Source: Hyalangium minutum
GTDB lineage: Bacteria > Myxococcota > Myxococcia > Myxococcales > Myxococcaceae
Length of the DNA: 64,000 nucleotides
Direction: 5' to 3'
Assembly: GCF_000737315.1 (NCBI RefSeq)
Contig: NZ_JMCB01000029.1
Location: 22,721-86,720, forward strand
Position numbers and translations under genes: made by a program. Below are positions 9,107 through 20,086 of the stretch, one piece after another (the stretch's first letter is position 1; every line of letters begins with the position of its first letter). The notes beneath the pieces were generated by a model. That model ran no database searches and had not been told where the DNA came from. It worked only from the letters and a program-made list of their open reading frames with translations.

Positions 9107-10693
9107 TCAGGGGCTGGCACCACCGTTCGCGGCGTCGCGCAGCTGGGCCAGCCGCTCCCGCAAGAGAGGCTCGCTGGGGTACCAGCGCAGCAGGGACTGG
9201 TAGGCACGGACCGCCTCCTCGGGCCGTCCCAGGCGCTCCAGCGCAAGCCCGAGGTTGAAGCCCGCCTCCAGGTAGTCCGGCTTGCGCTCCACGGCGAGCC
9301 GCCACGCCTCCACGGCCCCTGCATCGTCCCCGAGCCGGGCTCGGCGTCCACCCACCGCGTACTGAAGCTCAGCCTCGAAGTTCACGGAGTCCACCGCGAG
9401 CCGCACGGGCCACAGAGAGAGCCCGAGCACCGCCAGCGCCACCCCCACGGGCACAGCGCGCGCAGCCCCGCGCGACTCCCACAGCACGAGGAGCCCCAGC
9501 GCCGCGAGCACGCACAGCATCGGCGCCAGTGGCGCGCGGTAGCGGCCGGAGACGAAGAAGACAATGGACGGAGCCGCCAGCATGAGCGCGGTCCCCGCCA
9601 CGGTGAGCGCTCTGCGGGCCTGCTCGGCGCCCTCCTTCCGCTTGCGCCAGAGCGCCACGCCGCCCACCGCCGCGAGCGGCCACAGCAGCGCATACGGCAG
9701 CGCCACGCCCCCAGGCCTCGCGGTCAGCGCCCAGAGCACCGGGGACTGGGAGCGCACGACATAGAGGTCCTCATTGCGAGGCAGCTCGCGGGCCACGAGC
9801 AGCAGCCGGGCCTTCCATATAAGGTTGCTCACGCAGCGGAGAGGCTGTTCGCGGCAGAAGACGAACACCTTCCGCGTGAAGTAGCGATCCTGGGCGCCGG
9901 GCGTATGGAAGCCCTGGCGCGAGGGCTCATCCACCAGCGCCTCCCAGGCCGCACCCGGACGGATGGCCATGCTCCGGTCCACGTCCGCGTTGTTGCCCAG
10001 CCAGAGGTTGATGCCTCCATTGGCGGAGATGAGCAGCCACTCTCCCGTGCGGGAGTGGTTGAAGGCCGTGGCCCAGAGCACCGGGGCGGCACAGGCCACG
10101 ACACAGAGCGCGGCTCGGATCGGCCGGCTCCGCGCCACCGCCCAGCCCAGCGGAAGCAGGAGCAGCAGCAGCGGCGCCACCGCGAGCGCCCCAAGGCCAA
10201 TGCACGCCCCACACGCCAGCGCCATCCACCCGGAGGGAGGCTCGCGCACGGCGAGCCAGAGCGCCGCGGCGCCCAGGAACGTGCCGAGCGAGGTGGACAG
10301 CAGCTCCCCGTCATAGAAGACGAGCGGCCCATGCAGCGCCACCAGCAGCCCCGCGATCAGCTCCACCGCCGGGCGGCCCGAGAGGCGCCATGCCACCCTC
10401 GCGGCGAGCACGGCGGTGAGAGAGCCCAGCACCGCCTGCAGCAGCCTCGGCCACCACAAGCTGTGCCCACCGAGCCAGTACAGGGCGCCCAGCAGCATCG
10501 GGTACAGCGGCGGCTGCCAGAAGGGCCCCTCGGGAAAGCCCTGCCCGCGCGCCAGCTGCTCGCCCAGGAAGTCGTAGTAGTCCGCGTCGATCAGCGGCGC
10601 TTCGAAGGCCGGGCCGTGCGCGGTGAGCAGGTACGCCCCGCGCACGCAGAGCGCCACAGCCAGCACGATCCCCCAGCGAGGAACCTGGCTCAC
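9107..10693 (-). CDS. Multi-pass membrane glycosyltransferase (GT39/ArnT/PMT-like) with C-terminal TPR
   Basis: DADYYD, FWQPPLYP, many TM helices, C-terminal EAGFNLGLALERLGRPEEA TPR. Confidence 0.75.
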   Translation of the reverse strand: MSQVPRWGIVLAVALCVRGAYLLTAHGPAFEAPLIDADYYDFLGEQLARGQGFPEGPFWQPPLYPMLLGALYWLGGHSLWWPRLLQAVLGSLTAVLAARVAWRLSGRPAVELIAGLLVALHGPLVFYDGELLSTSLGTFLGAAALWLAVREPPSGWMALACGACIGLGALAVAPLLLLLLPLGWAVARSRPIRAALCVVACAAPVLWATAFNHSRTGEWLLISANGGINLWLGNNADVDRSMAIRPGAAWEALVDEPSRQGFHTPGAQDRYFTRKVFVFCREQPLRCVSNLIWKARLLLVARELPRNEDLYVVRSQSPVLWALTARPGGVALPYALLWPLAAVGGVALWRKRKEGAEQARRALTVAGTALMLAAPSIVFFVSGRYRAPLAPMLCVLAALGLLVLWESRGAARAVPVGVALAVLGLSLWPVRLAVDSVNFEAELQYAVGGRRARLGDDAGAVEAWRLAVERKPDYLEAGFNLGLALERLGRPEEAVRAYQSLLRWYPSEPLLRERLAQLRDAANGGASP

Positions 10694-11661
10694 ACGTCGA
10701 GGGGATCCGTGGTCCGCGCCACGCGCATGCCCGCCTGCTGGAACTCGCGGACCGCCTCATCCGCCACGCGCGGGAAGTCGAGCGCGGCCGGCAGCGGATC
10801 CAGCGGCGGCGCGGGCACCGGGCTCATGGCGTCCTCGAGGATGACGACGCGGCCCATCTTCGAGCGATCCGTGCGCTCGATGTGCTGGCGCAGGTCCCTC
10901 AGCGTGGACAGCACGCAGTGGGACTTGGCCTGCCCGAACACGTACACACGATCAAAGGACATGAGGTGGTCGAAGAGGCGGGTGTTGAACTCACCGACCT
11001 TCTGGCCTCGCACCTCGGTCACCTCGGGCGAGAGCACGGAGTAGTTCTCCGTGAGCGGGTGCTCGCCCTTGAGCTCGAACCAGGTGGGCGTGTCGCGCAC
11101 GAGCGCGTGGAACAAGCTGGCCTCGTACATGGCGGGCACCAACGAGTGGCTCAGGCCTCCGAGCAGCGCGTGGAACGGCCACACGGTGAGCACGTACTTG
11201 CCGCTGGTCTCGAGCCGCTCGCAGTAGGCGAGGCTCTCCTCCGGGTGGCGCGTGGGGCGCCAGCGGCCCTGGCGGATGTCATCGGCGGTGATGACCGTGA
11301 GCGGCGGAGGCGGCTGCCCGCCCGCGTCCTGCCACCACGAGGGGTGGAAGATCTGGAACACCCGGTGGGTATCCAGCGAGAACACGAGCTCGGTGACGCG
11401 CCCCAGGTTCGCGTAGAGCCAGCGAAGGGTGCGCTGGGTGTCCTCCACGGCTCCGGGGACGAAGAGGCTGGCGCCGGGGGTGCAGAAAGCCACCTGTACG
11501 TCGATGCCGAAGGCGGCGATGCGGACCTTGTCCTCGCGGGCGGGGCGGATGCGGTTCGCTTCGGCATAGAGCCGGGCCTCCTTGGCCACGTCAGCGGCAC
11601 GTTCGAGGTAGAGCTGCCCCGCGCGAGCGTCCTCATGAAAGCGGGGAATGGGCAGGGACAT
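10690..11661 (-). CDS. pncA: Nicotinamidase-like cysteine hydrolase (isochorismatase family)
   Basis: GIDVQVAFC, SLDTH, WPFHAL, FGQAKSHCV (catalytic Asp/Cys and metal His); GTGA overlap with the downstream gene. Confidence 0.7.
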   Translation of the reverse strand: MSLPIPRFHEDARAGQLYLERAADVAKEARLYAEANRIRPAREDKVRIAAFGIDVQVAFCTPGASLFVPGAVEDTQRTLRWLYANLGRVTELVFSLDTHRVFQIFHPSWWQDAGGQPPPPLTVITADDIRQGRWRPTRHPEESLAYCERLETSGKYVLTVWPFHALLGGLSHSLVPAMYEASLFHALVRDTPTWFELKGEHPLTENYSVLSPEVTEVRGQKVGEFNTRLFDHLMSFDRVYVFGQAKSHCVLSTLRDLRQHIERTDRSKMGRVVILEDAMSPVPAPPLDPLPAALDFPRVADEAVREFQQAGMRVARTTDPLDV

Positions 11662-11724
11662 GGCGTTCTCCGAAGGTGGCTTCCCAAGCGGGCGTTCACT
11701 CCATCATACCGGGCCAGGTGGCCA

Positions 11725-14418
11725 CTACCCGGGGGAAGCCTGCAGAAAGGCCTGAAGCGCCGCCAGCACCTGCCCCAGCTCCTGCTCCACCGCGGGAGTC
11801 CCTGACTTGACGGCGGGCGCGTCTCCCTCCCTCGAGGCCGCCTCCAGCGTCCGGGAGTGGTCCCTCAGGGCCTCGGCGCCAACGCTGGCCGCCAAGCTCT
11901 TCAAGGTGTGGATCGCCCGGGTGGCCGTCTCACGGTCCCCCGCCGCCACCGCTGCCTGGAAGCGCTTCCAGCAGACCTGCGCATCCACCAGGAACAGCCC
12001 CACCACCCGCCGGTACAGGGCCATGTCCCCGTCCAGGTTGGCCAGCGCGTCGTCCAGGTTCACATGCCGCGGATCCGGGCGGTTCATCGTGCGAGACTCC
12101 TCGGCAGGGGATGGCTCCCGCGGCGCCTCGCCTCGCGAGGGCTGCGCGAGCCACCTCGCCAGCGTCTGGTAGAGCCGGCTGGCATCGATCGGCTTGCTCA
12201 GGTGATCGTTCATGCCCGCGTCCAAGCTGCGCTGGCGATCGCCCGCCAGCGCATTGGCCGTCATGGCGATGATGGGCAACTGGGAGCCCTGGGGCATCGC
12301 GCGGATGCTCCGCGTGGCCTCGTATCCATCCATCTCCGGCATCTGGCAGTCCATCAACACCGCGTCGTAACGGCCCTGAGCCACACGCTCCAGGGCCTCA
12401 GCGCCATTTTCCGCCACCACCACCTCCAGCCCCGCCTTCCTCAGGAAGTGCAGCGCCACCTCCTGGTTCAGCGGGTTGTCCTCCACCAGCAGGATCCTCG
12501 CCCCCCGCGGGAGCGAGGGCTCCGGCTCTCCTCTGGGGACTTCGTTGCCGGAGACCCGGGCCAGGGGCAGCTCGAACCAGAAGCAGCTGCCCCTCCCAGA
12601 CGCGCTCTCCGCGCCGATGCGGCCCCCCATCATCTCCACCAGCCGCTTGCTGATGGCCAACCCCAGCCCCGTGCCTCCGTAGCGGCGCGTCACCGAGCTG
12701 TCCGTCTGAAAGAAGGACTGGAAGAGGCGCGGCAGGTGCTCGGCCGCGATGCCGATGCCCGTGTCCTTCACGGTGAACCGGCAGACCACCCGGTCTCCCT
12801 CGGTAGACACCGGCTGCCCTCGCACCACCACCTGGCCGTAGTCGGTGAACTTCAGCGCGTTGCTGATCAAGTTCTGCAGCACCTGCCGCAGCCGCAGCGG
12901 GTCTCCCGACAGGGCATTCGGGAGCTCAGGAGACATCTCGAAGCGCAGCTCCAGCCCCTTGTCTCGCGCCGAGCTGGCAAACACGTCCGCCAGCTCGGCG
13001 GCGAGCTCACTCAAGGACAGCGGCACGCTCTCCAGCTCCAGCTTGCCTGCCTCGATCTTCGAGAAGTCCAGGATGTCGTTGATGATCCCCAGCAGCGACT
13101 GCGCCGAGCGCCGCGCCTTCAGGATGAAGTCCCGCCGCTCCTGGGGAGACTCCGCCTCCAGCGCCAGCTGCGTCATCCCCAGGATGGCGTTCATCGGCGT
13201 GCGGATCTCGTGGCTCATGTTCGCCAGGAACTCGCCCTTGGACCGGTTGGCGCTCTCGGCCGCCTCCTTCGCCTGCCTCAGCTCCTCCTCCGAGCGCCGC
13301 CGCGCGTTCAGGTTGTCCAGGAACGCGTTGAACCAGCTCACCATCTCCGAGATCTCATCCTCCGTGGGCGCCGGTGACAGCGGCCGGACCCGGTCCAGAC
13401 GGTCCTCCTGAATGTCCTGGAAGCCCCCGGAGATGGCGCGGATGGGCTCCACCACCCGCCGCGAGTAGCGCACCGCCACCGCGCCAATCGCGGCGAAGCA
13501 CGCCACCAGGACGGCCCACCACGCGTTGCCAATCTTCGCCATGGGCGCTGTCAGCGTGGCGTGCGGCACGATGCTGATCACCTGCCAGTTCAGCTCCTCC
13601 ACACGCAGGTGGTTGAGCAGCACCTCCTGCCCTCCCAGCTCCAGGGCCACGGTGCCGCTCGCCCCCGCCAGCAGCCTCTGGAACTCGAGCAGCAGGGGTT
13701 CACCGATCAGGCTCTTGTCCGGGTGGAACAGCAGGCGCCCCTCGTTGTCGGCGACCATCAGGTAGCTGCCGACCCCCAGGTCCAGCCCCAGGAAGTGCTC
13801 GTACAGGTGCGAGATGGACGAGTTGATGACGACGATGCCCACCGGCTCGGGCTCCAGGTGCGCCGGATCCACCCGCCGGATCAACCGCGTGGCCACCAGC
13901 ACCTTGCGGTGGGCCGAGGCCGCGTTCACGTTGTCCTTCACCCCGTGCCAGACGATGGACTGCTTCGAGGCCAGCGTCGCCGCGTACAGCCGCTTGCTCA
14001 GCTCCGTGAGCACCGTGGAGGTGTCCAGCGTATCTCCCACGTGGAAGTGCTGGCCCTGCGGGGTGAACAGATCGATGGACACCAGCCCCTTGAGGCTGCT
14101 GTAGCCGCTCAGGATGTAGCCCACCTTCGCTTGCGTCACCAATGCCGAATAGCTGTCGTTCACCTCGGCCGAGGCCAGCGCGTTGCCGATGTCCTCCACG
14201 CCCGCGATGTTGGTGGCCAGACTCGCCAGCTGCTCCGACTGCAGCAGCAGGTAGTCGCGCTGGTCCGCCAGCAGCCGCGCGTTGGACTCGCTGGCCAGCT
14301 GGAGCATGGCCCGCTGCGCCAGCTCGTAGGACGTCACGCCGAAGATGAGCAACGGCGCCACGCTCACGGCCAGCAGGTAGCCGATCAGCTTGAAGGTGAT
14401 GGAGGAGCGGAGCGCCAC
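11725..14418 (-). CDS. Hybrid sensor histidine kinase: TM, periplasmic Cache-like sensor, TM, HAMP, HisKA, HATPase, REC, Hpt
   Basis: H-box [14 protein letters not shown]; N/G1/F/G2 boxes; receiver LLVEDN..LMDCQMP..SKP; Hpt IHTLKSLA. Confidence 0.92.
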   Translation of the reverse strand: MALRSSITFKLIGYLLAVSVAPLLIFGVTSYELAQRAMLQLASESNARLLADQRDYLLLQSEQLASLATNIAGVEDIGNALASAEVNDSYSALVTQAKVGYILSGYSSLKGLVSIDLFTPQGQHFHVGDTLDTSTVLTELSKRLYAATLASKQSIVWHGVKDNVNAASAHRKVLVATRLIRRVDPAHLEPEPVGIVVINSSISHLYEHFLGLDLGVGSYLMVADNEGRLLFHPDKSLIGEPLLLEFQRLLAGASGTVALELGGQEVLLNHLRVEELNWQVISIVPHATLTAPMAKIGNAWWAVLVACFAAIGAVAVRYSRRVVEPIRAISGGFQDIQEDRLDRVRPLSPAPTEDEISEMVSWFNAFLDNLNARRRSEEELRQAKEAAESANRSKGEFLANMSHEIRTPMNAILGMTQLALEAESPQERRDFILKARRSAQSLLGIINDILDFSKIEAGKLELESVPLSLSELAAELADVFASSARDKGLELRFEMSPELPNALSGDPLRLRQVLQNLISNALKFTDYGQVVVRGQPVSTEGDRVVCRFTVKDTGIGIAAEHLPRLFQSFFQTDSSVTRRYGGTGLGLAISKRLVEMMGGRIGAESASGRGSCFWFELPLARVSGNEVPRGEPEPSLPRGARILLVEDNPLNQEVALHFLRKAGLEVVVAENGAEALERVAQGRYDAVLMDCQMPEMDGYEATRSIRAMPQGSQLPIIAMTANALAGDRQRSLDAGMNDHLSKPIDASRLYQTLARWLAQPSRGEAPREPSPAEESRTMNRPDPRHVNLDDALANLDGDMALYRRVVGLFLVDAQVCWKRFQAAVAAGDRETATRAIHTLKSLAASVGAEALRDHSRTLEAASREGDAPAVKSGTPAVEQELGQVLAALQAFLQASPG

Positions 14419-14435
14419 AGGGAGCCGGGACAGGG

Positions 14436-15431
14436 CTACTTCACCGCCTCCACCGTCACGAGCCGCGTATCGATGAGCGTCACTTCGGGCAGCGACTCGC
14501 CCTCGAGTGCCCGGTGGGCCAGGAGGATGCCCCGATAGCCCTGCTCGGCGGCCTGCTGGTCCACCGTCACCGCCAGCGTCCCCGCCTTCACCGCCGCGCG
14601 CGCCTCGTCGAGCGCGTCATACGCCGCCACCTTCACGCCCTGCTTGCCGGCCTCCTTCAGGTACTTGAGCGCCCCCAGCGCCATCATGTCGTTGGCGCAG
14701 AACACCAGCGTGATGTCCGGGTGGGCCATGAACAGCTTCCGGGACACCTCATAGCCCTCGTCGATCTTCCAGTTCGCCGTCTCCATCGCGACGATGCGAA
14801 TCAGCGGGTTCTCCTTGAACGCCCGCTCCGCGCCCTCCTTGCGCTGGCGTGCGTTGTCCGCGCTGCGAATGCCCTCGAGGATGACCGCCTGCGTGGGCTT
14901 GCTCACCTGCCGCGCGATGAACCGCGCCGACTCGTACGCCGCCTTCGCGTTGTCCACGCTGACGAAGGGGACCCTGATCAGCCCGTGCTTCTTCAGCGCC
15001 TCGGGATCCAGCCGGTTGTCGATGTTGATGATGGGAATCCCCGCGTCCTGCGCGGCCTTCAGCACTGGCACCAGCCGCTGCGAGTCTCCTGGCGCGATGA
15101 CGATGGCCTCCACCTTCATCCGGATCAGCTCCTCGACGATCTGGATCTGCTGCTCGATGGAGGTCTCCTGCGAGGCCGTCTTCACCAGCAGCTCGAGGCC
15201 CAGCTCCTTCTCCGCCCTGCGGGCGCCGCGCTCCATCTCGACGAAGAACGGGTTGGTGAGCGTCTTCATCACCAGCGCCACCTTCCGGACCGTGGGCGCG
15301 GGCGTGGGCGTGGCTTCAACGGCCTTCGAGGGGGCGGCGACCCCCTGCACCGCCAGCTTGCCTGAGTCGCTGCACGCCGCCAGCCCCAGTCCCAGGGCCA
15401 GGAGCCACCACACAAGTCGCGGGAAACGCAA
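14436..15431 (-). CDS. RbsB-like periplasmic sugar-binding lipoprotein
   Basis: TTG start with AGGAGA RBS; lipobox LAAC; LTNPFF, IVIAP, IPIINIDN, VDN, FCANDMMALGA, TVDQQAAEQG. Confidence 0.88.
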   Translation of the reverse strand: MRFPRLVWWLLALGLGLAACSDSGKLAVQGVAAPSKAVEATPTPAPTVRKVALVMKTLTNPFFVEMERGARRAEKELGLELLVKTASQETSIEQQIQIVEELIRMKVEAIVIAPGDSQRLVPVLKAAQDAGIPIINIDNRLDPEALKKHGLIRVPFVSVDNAKAAYESARFIARQVSKPTQAVILEGIRSADNARQRKEGAERAFKENPLIRIVAMETANWKIDEGYEVSRKLFMAHPDITLVFCANDMMALGALKYLKEAGKQGVKVAAYDALDEARAAVKAGTLAVTVDQQAAEQGYRGILLAHRALEGESLPEVTLIDTRLVTVEAVK

Positions 15432-15587
15432 GGCGGTCTCTCCTCGAAGACGCGGGCACAGGGGCGCTGACCCGCGAGTGACGATTCTACGCAACCTTTC
15501 CAGAGAACCGGTAAGGCATACCCTCACGGGTAGGTTTCACTTCTCGTCTTGATACGGCCTAGAGGGAAGAAGCGCCTTCCTTGGGAC

Positions 15588-15596
15588 TGCTATAAT
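15588..15596 (+). promoter_or_regulatory. Extended -10 promoter element (TGnTATAAT)
   Basis: Exact TGCTATAAT just upstream of the REC-kinase gene, an unlikely chance match in such GC-rich DNA; no clear -35. Confidence 0.5.
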
Positions 15597-15604
15597 CCAG
15601 GGAA

Positions 15605-16795
15605 ATGGCTTCAAAGCTGCTCTCCTCTGAGTCCTCTGTGAGCCGCTCCATGTGCGAAACGCCGCGAGTGCTCGTCGTGGATGACGACACCCTCAGCCGC
15701 ACCACGGCCGAGGCCCTGCTGCAACCCATGGACTACCGCCTCCGTGGCTGCGCGAGCGGAGAGGAGGCCTTGGAGGCGGTGGAGGAGGAAGTCCCGGATC
15801 TGGTGCTGCTGGACGTCCTGATGCCCGGGATGGACGGCTTCGAGGTGTGCCGCCGCCTCCGGGAGCGCCTGCACCCGGACTACGTTCCCGTCATCCTCGT
15901 CACGGCGATGGATGATCGGAGAGACCTCGTACAAGGGCTGGAAGTCGGAGCGGACGACTTCCTGCGCAAGCCCGTGCATGGCGCCGAGCTGAGGGCGCGC
16001 GTGTCCAACCTGCTCAAGGTGCGCGCCTACCACCGGCTCCTGGCCTCCGAGCGGGACCACGCGCTCGCCACGGTGGAGCAGCTGCGCCAGCAGGTGCTGC
16101 GGGTGGACCGGCTGGCCATGCTGGGCACCTTCGCCGCGGGCGTCAGCCACGAGCTGAACAACATCGCCCACGTGCTGCGCAGCGCCCTCGAGCTGTCCAG
16201 GCCCGGCATCACGCCGCCTCCCGTGGGAGGAGAGGAGCTGAATCCCCGGGAGCTGTTCACCCACGTGTCCAACCACGTCACGGAGCTGTCGCGCACCCTG
16301 CTGCGCATCGCCCGTCCCGACGAGGGTCCCGTCCCCGAGGCCAACCTCTGCCGCGTGTTGGAGGAAGTCGATCAGATGCTGCGGCTCACGGGGCGCACCC
16401 GCCACGCCCATGTCTCCCTGGTGCTGTCGCGAGAGGACTGTCGCATCCGCGGCAACCCCGTGCATGCGCAGCAGGTGTTCCTCAACCTGCTCGGCAACGC
16501 CGCGGACGCGGTGACGGCCGTGAACGGGCCCACCATCGAGGCCGGCGTGCAGCGCAAGGTGGACGGGCGCATCGAGGCCTGGGTGAAGGACAACGGCCCG
16601 GGCATGACGCAGGAGGTGCTGGCCCGCATCTTCGAGCCCTTCTTCACCACCAAGCCCCCCGGCTCCGGCACCGGCCTGGGGCTGCCTGTCGTCAGGCAAC
16701 TGGTGGAGTCCTGGGGCGGGCACCTCCAGGTGGAGAGCCAGCCCGGGAGCGGCACCCGGATGGTGCTCGATCTCCCAGCGGCTCTCACGCCCTGA
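15605..16795 (+). CDS. Response-regulator/histidine-kinase fusion (REC-HisKA-HATPase)
   Basis: VLVVDDD, LVLLDVLMPGMDG, FLRKP; H-box GVSHELNN; DNGPGM, FEPFFTTK, GTGLGL. The start may be ATG 15650. Confidence 0.9.
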   Translation: MASKLLSSESSVSRSMCETPRVLVVDDDTLSRTTAEALLQPMDYRLRGCASGEEALEAVEEEVPDLVLLDVLMPGMDGFEVCRRLRERLHPDYVPVILVTAMDDRRDLVQGLEVGADDFLRKPVHGAELRARVSNLLKVRAYHRLLASERDHALATVEQLRQQVLRVDRLAMLGTFAAGVSHELNNIAHVLRSALELSRPGITPPPVGGEELNPRELFTHVSNHVTELSRTLLRIARPDEGPVPEANLCRVLEEVDQMLRLTGRTRHAHVSLVLSREDCRIRGNPVHAQQVFLNLLGNAADAVTAVNGPTIEAGVQRKVDGRIEAWVKDNGPGMTQEVLARIFEPFFTTKPPGSGTGLGLPVVRQLVESWGGHLQVESQPGSGTRMVLDLPAALTP

Positions 16796-16831
16796 GCCCG
16801 CCCCTCGCCTCGGAGGCGGGCCCGCGAAGGC

Positions 16832-19800
16832 TCAGCGCAGGTCGTCTTCGGAGACAGACGGGGAGGCGTCCGCGGGGGCGGCCTCCGGGCCACCTGCGCC
16901 CGAGCCAAGCTGCTGGAAGAGCGGCGGAGGCTCGTCCGCGAGGAACTCGGTGAGCGAGGCCAAGGCCTGCTCGCGCAGGGGGCTCTTGGTGGTCTCGTAG
17001 CACTCGTAGCGCTCGGCGAGGAACTGCTCCTGCCACAGCGGGTGCTGCGCGTAGGGCTCGAGCGCCGCCTGACACAGCCCGTGCCAGTCCAGCACCTTGG
17101 CCAGGGCAAGCCGCACCTTGTGGCGCTGCGTCTCCAGGGCGTAGGCGGCGAAGGGCTGCTCGAAGCGGGCATACAGGCGGCGGCCCAGCGAGGGCTCCTT
17201 CTGCGCCAGCTCCTGCGTGGCCTGCATCAGCAGGCTCGTCACCGTGCGCTGGCCCCAGGGCTCGCGGCGGAGCGCGTCGTAGGCCTGATCCAGCGCGTTG
17301 AAGGCCTCCGTCCACCGGCCCTGGCGCAGCCGCAGCTCGCCGAGCAGCACATCCGCCTCCATGGGCGCCAGCGTCCGCAGCTGCTCCAGGAAGGGCATCG
17401 CGGCTTCGTCGGCCGTCTGCGCCAGCGCGCGGCTCACCATCGTCAGCTCCAGCAGGCCCTTGGGCTGCCACCCGGCCTCGCGCCACCTGCGCACAGCGCC
17501 CGCCGCGTCACCCCGGGAGAGCAGCTCCAGGAACTCGCGGCGCTCCTGCACGGAGCGGGTGAACTTCAGCGGCGGCGTCAGCAGCAGGTTCTGGGAGGAG
17601 GCCGCCGCAAGCATGCGCTGCTGCTCCACGCGCTCCCAGTCCACCGAGCCGCGGCTCACCGTGGGCCGGTTCGCCTGCAGGGACGAGGCGCCCGCGCGCA
17701 GCATTACCCGCAGCGACAGGAACTCCCGGCGGCCCACCGTCCGGGCGATGGCGAACTCCATGAAGGAGCGATCGTCCGTGCTGATGAGCGCCTCCTGGCC
17801 CTCGGCCAGGTTCCGGGTGAGCGCGTCGTTGCCCAGGTAGTGGGCCATCACGCCCTCCAGCTCGTCCGTCTGCCACGCCACGAGCGCGGCCTTGCGGAAG
17901 GGCTCCTGGGTCAACCGGGCCCGCATCCGGTCCGCGTCGTAGGAGATCGGCGCCTCGGTGGCGATGAGCAGCAGGTCCGCGCTGTTCGTCTGCCACGTCT
18001 CCACCGCCGGGAACACCGAGGCCAGCGTGGCGTAGGCGCTGCGCATCGTCGTGGCGTCAATCTCATACGCCTGGAGCCACTGGATGAAGATGCCGCCGGG
18101 GGCCAGCCGCTGCCGCGCCGCTTGATAGAAGTCCTGGGTGAAGAGGCTGGAGATGCCGGCGCGGTAGGGGTTGGAGGGCTCGGAGAAGATGATGTCGTAC
18201 TGCTTCTGCGAGGCGAGCAGCACCTCGCGCGCATCTCCGATGAAGGTGTGCACCTTGGGGTTGGAGAGGACGTTCTGGTTCACCGGAGAGCACTGCTCGG
18301 CGAACTTGAGGATGGCGGGCTCGATCTCCACCACGTCCACGCGCTCCATGTCCGGAGCCGAGCCCATCCACCCGGCGGTGCTGCCGGTGCCCAGGCCGAT
18401 GACGAGCGCCTGCTTCGGCTGCGGGTGCAGCAGCATGCCCACCAGGCCGCTCATGACCTGGGTGGAGGCATCGCCGATGCTGTTTCCGTCCGACTTGCCG
18501 TTCACATAGAACGAGGGCCCATCCACGAGACGGACGCCCACGCTGCTCTCGAGGCCCTCGTACTCCCACTTCATCTCCCGGCGAGGCGTCTCCAGGAAGG
18601 TGCGCAGCGTATTGAGGGTGGGCCGCTCCAGCCGGGCCCGGCCCGCGCCGATGGGGTTGTGGCGCCAGCCCGCGGTGGGGCCCTCCTGCATCAGCATGAC
18701 GGCTGCCAGAGCGCCCACAGCGGCGGGCAGCCAGAGCCGGCCGGCCTGCTTCTCCCGCGTCAGCGAGAGCACGAAGGCGCCGCCCCCCAGCACCAGCAGC
18801 AGCGCCACCGCGAGCTTCCACGTTCCGGGCGCCGTCAGCAGCGGCATCAGCCCGAAGCCACCGGCCAGCGAGCCGATGATGGCGCCCACCGTGTTCCACG
18901 CGTACGTGAGGCCCACCTCGCGGCCCACATTCTCCCGGCCGCGGCCCAGCAGTGCCAGGAGCAGAGGGAACTGCACGCCGGAGATGAAGGCCGCCGGGAA
19001 GATGACGAGCGAGGCCACCACGGCCCAGCTCGACACGAGCCCCAGGAAGCCGAATCCCTCGAGCGGCCGGAGCATCATCGCGAGCACCGCCATGCGGTCT
19101 CCCAGCGCATAAGGCAGCGCCATGAAGAGCGCCTCGGCCAGACACGTGAGCGCGAAGCCGCGCAGCGTCGCGGGCCGGTCCTGTCCCCACGCCGCGTAGG
19201 CCGCGCCGCCCAGGCCGATGCCCAGCAGCGCGACGATGAGGATGAGGCCGAAGGTGAAGGTGGAGCCACCCAGCAGCGGGCTCAGCATCCGGTACCAGAC
19301 GAGCTCCATCAGCAGGAAGGCGAAGCCCACCGCCGCCGCGGCGCCCAGCACGAACCGGGGCGGCGCCACCCCCACCTGGGCCTTGGCCACGGAGGCCGCT
19401 GCGGGCTCGGCTCCGGAAGCGGTCTCGGGCGCCACCACGGGGGCGGCGGCGGGGACACTCTGCTCCGGCAGCGAGCGCGAGGCCACGCGGGCGGCCACGG
19501 CCACCAGCCCGTTGACGAGACACGCCAGCCACAGCGTCTGCTGGGTGCCGAAGACTTCGAAGAGGAAGAAGGTGGACAGGGCGGCGCCAGCCACGGCGCC
19601 CAGGGTGTTCACGCCATAGAGCACAGCCAGGGCGCGCCGCCGCACGTCATCGGGGGTCTCCGCCGCGCGGGCTGCCGCGGGCAAGGTGCCCCCCATCAGG
19701 ACCGTAGGCACGGCGAGCAGCAGCGCGGAGAGCACCAGCCGCACGATGCTGCCACCCACCAGCCCCAGCGACACGGTGCCGCCGAGCGCCACATAGACCG

Positions 19801-20086
19801 TGCGGGCCAGCCACACCAGGGCCGGGGTCAGCGCCGCGCTCACGGCGATGAGGGCCTCCAGGTTGCCGTAGAGCTCCAGGGGACGGCGGTGCTTGTCGGC
19901 GCGAGAGCCCAGCAGCGCTCCGCCCAAGCCGAGGCCGGCCATGAAGATGGCGAGCACCGCCGCCGAGGCCGCGGTGGAGGCGCCGAAGATGAGCCGGAGC
20001 TCTCGCTGCCACGCGGTCTGGTAGATCAATGCGCACAGCCCCGAACCGAACAGGAACGGGGCGATCTTCAGGGCACGGGCATTCAT
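16832..20086 (-). CDS. Fused membrane (MFS-like) / spermidine-synthase-like SAM-dependent protein
   Basis: SGLCALIYQTAW, LMGGTLP, LYGVNTLGA, duplicated TM block; ALVIGLGTGST, DVVEIEP, GDAREVL, DIIFSEPSNP. Confidence 0.88.
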   Translation of the reverse strand: MNARALKIAPFLFGSGLCALIYQTAWQRELRLIFGASTAASAAVLAIFMAGLGLGGALLGSRADKHRRPLELYGNLEALIAVSAALTPALVWLARTVYVALGGTVSLGLVGGSIVRLVLSALLLAVPTVLMGGTLPAAARAAETPDDVRRRALAVLYGVNTLGAVAGAALSTFFLFEVFGTQQTLWLACLVNGLVAVAARVASRSLPEQSVPAAAPVVAPETASGAEPAAASVAKAQVGVAPPRFVLGAAAAVGFAFLLMELVWYRMLSPLLGGSTFTFGLILIVALLGIGLGGAAYAAWGQDRPATLRGFALTCLAEALFMALPYALGDRMAVLAMMLRPLEGFGFLGLVSSWAVVASLVIFPAAFISGVQFPLLLALLGRGRENVGREVGLTYAWNTVGAIIGSLAGGFGLMPLLTAPGTWKLAVALLLVLGGGAFVLSLTREKQAGRLWLPAAVGALAAVMLMQEGPTAGWRHNPIGAGRARLERPTLNTLRTFLETPRREMKWEYEGLESSVGVRLVDGPSFYVNGKSDGNSIGDASTQVMSGLVGMLLHPQPKQALVIGLGTGSTAGWMGSAPDMERVDVVEIEPAILKFAEQCSPVNQNVLSNPKVHTFIGDAREVLLASQKQYDIIFSEPSNPYRAGISSLFTQDFYQAARQRLAPGGIFIQWLQAYEIDATTMRSAYATLASVFPAVETWQTNSADLLLIATEAPISYDADRMRARLTQEPFRKAALVAWQTDELEGVMAHYLGNDALTRNLAEGQEALISTDDRSFMEFAIARTVGRREFLSLRVMLRAGASSLQANRPTVSRGSVDWERVEQQRMLAAASSQNLLLTPPLKFTRSVQERREFLELLSRGDAAGAVRRWREAGWQPKGLLELTMVSRALAQTADEAAMPFLEQLRTLAPMEADVLLGELRLRQGRWTEAFNALDQAYDALRREPWGQRTVTSLLMQATQELAQKEPSLGRRLYARFEQPFAAYALETQRHKVRLALAKVLDWHGLCQAALEPYAQHPLWQEQFLAERYECYETTKSPLREQALASLTEFLADEPPPLFQQLGSGAGGPEAAPADASPSVSEDDLR

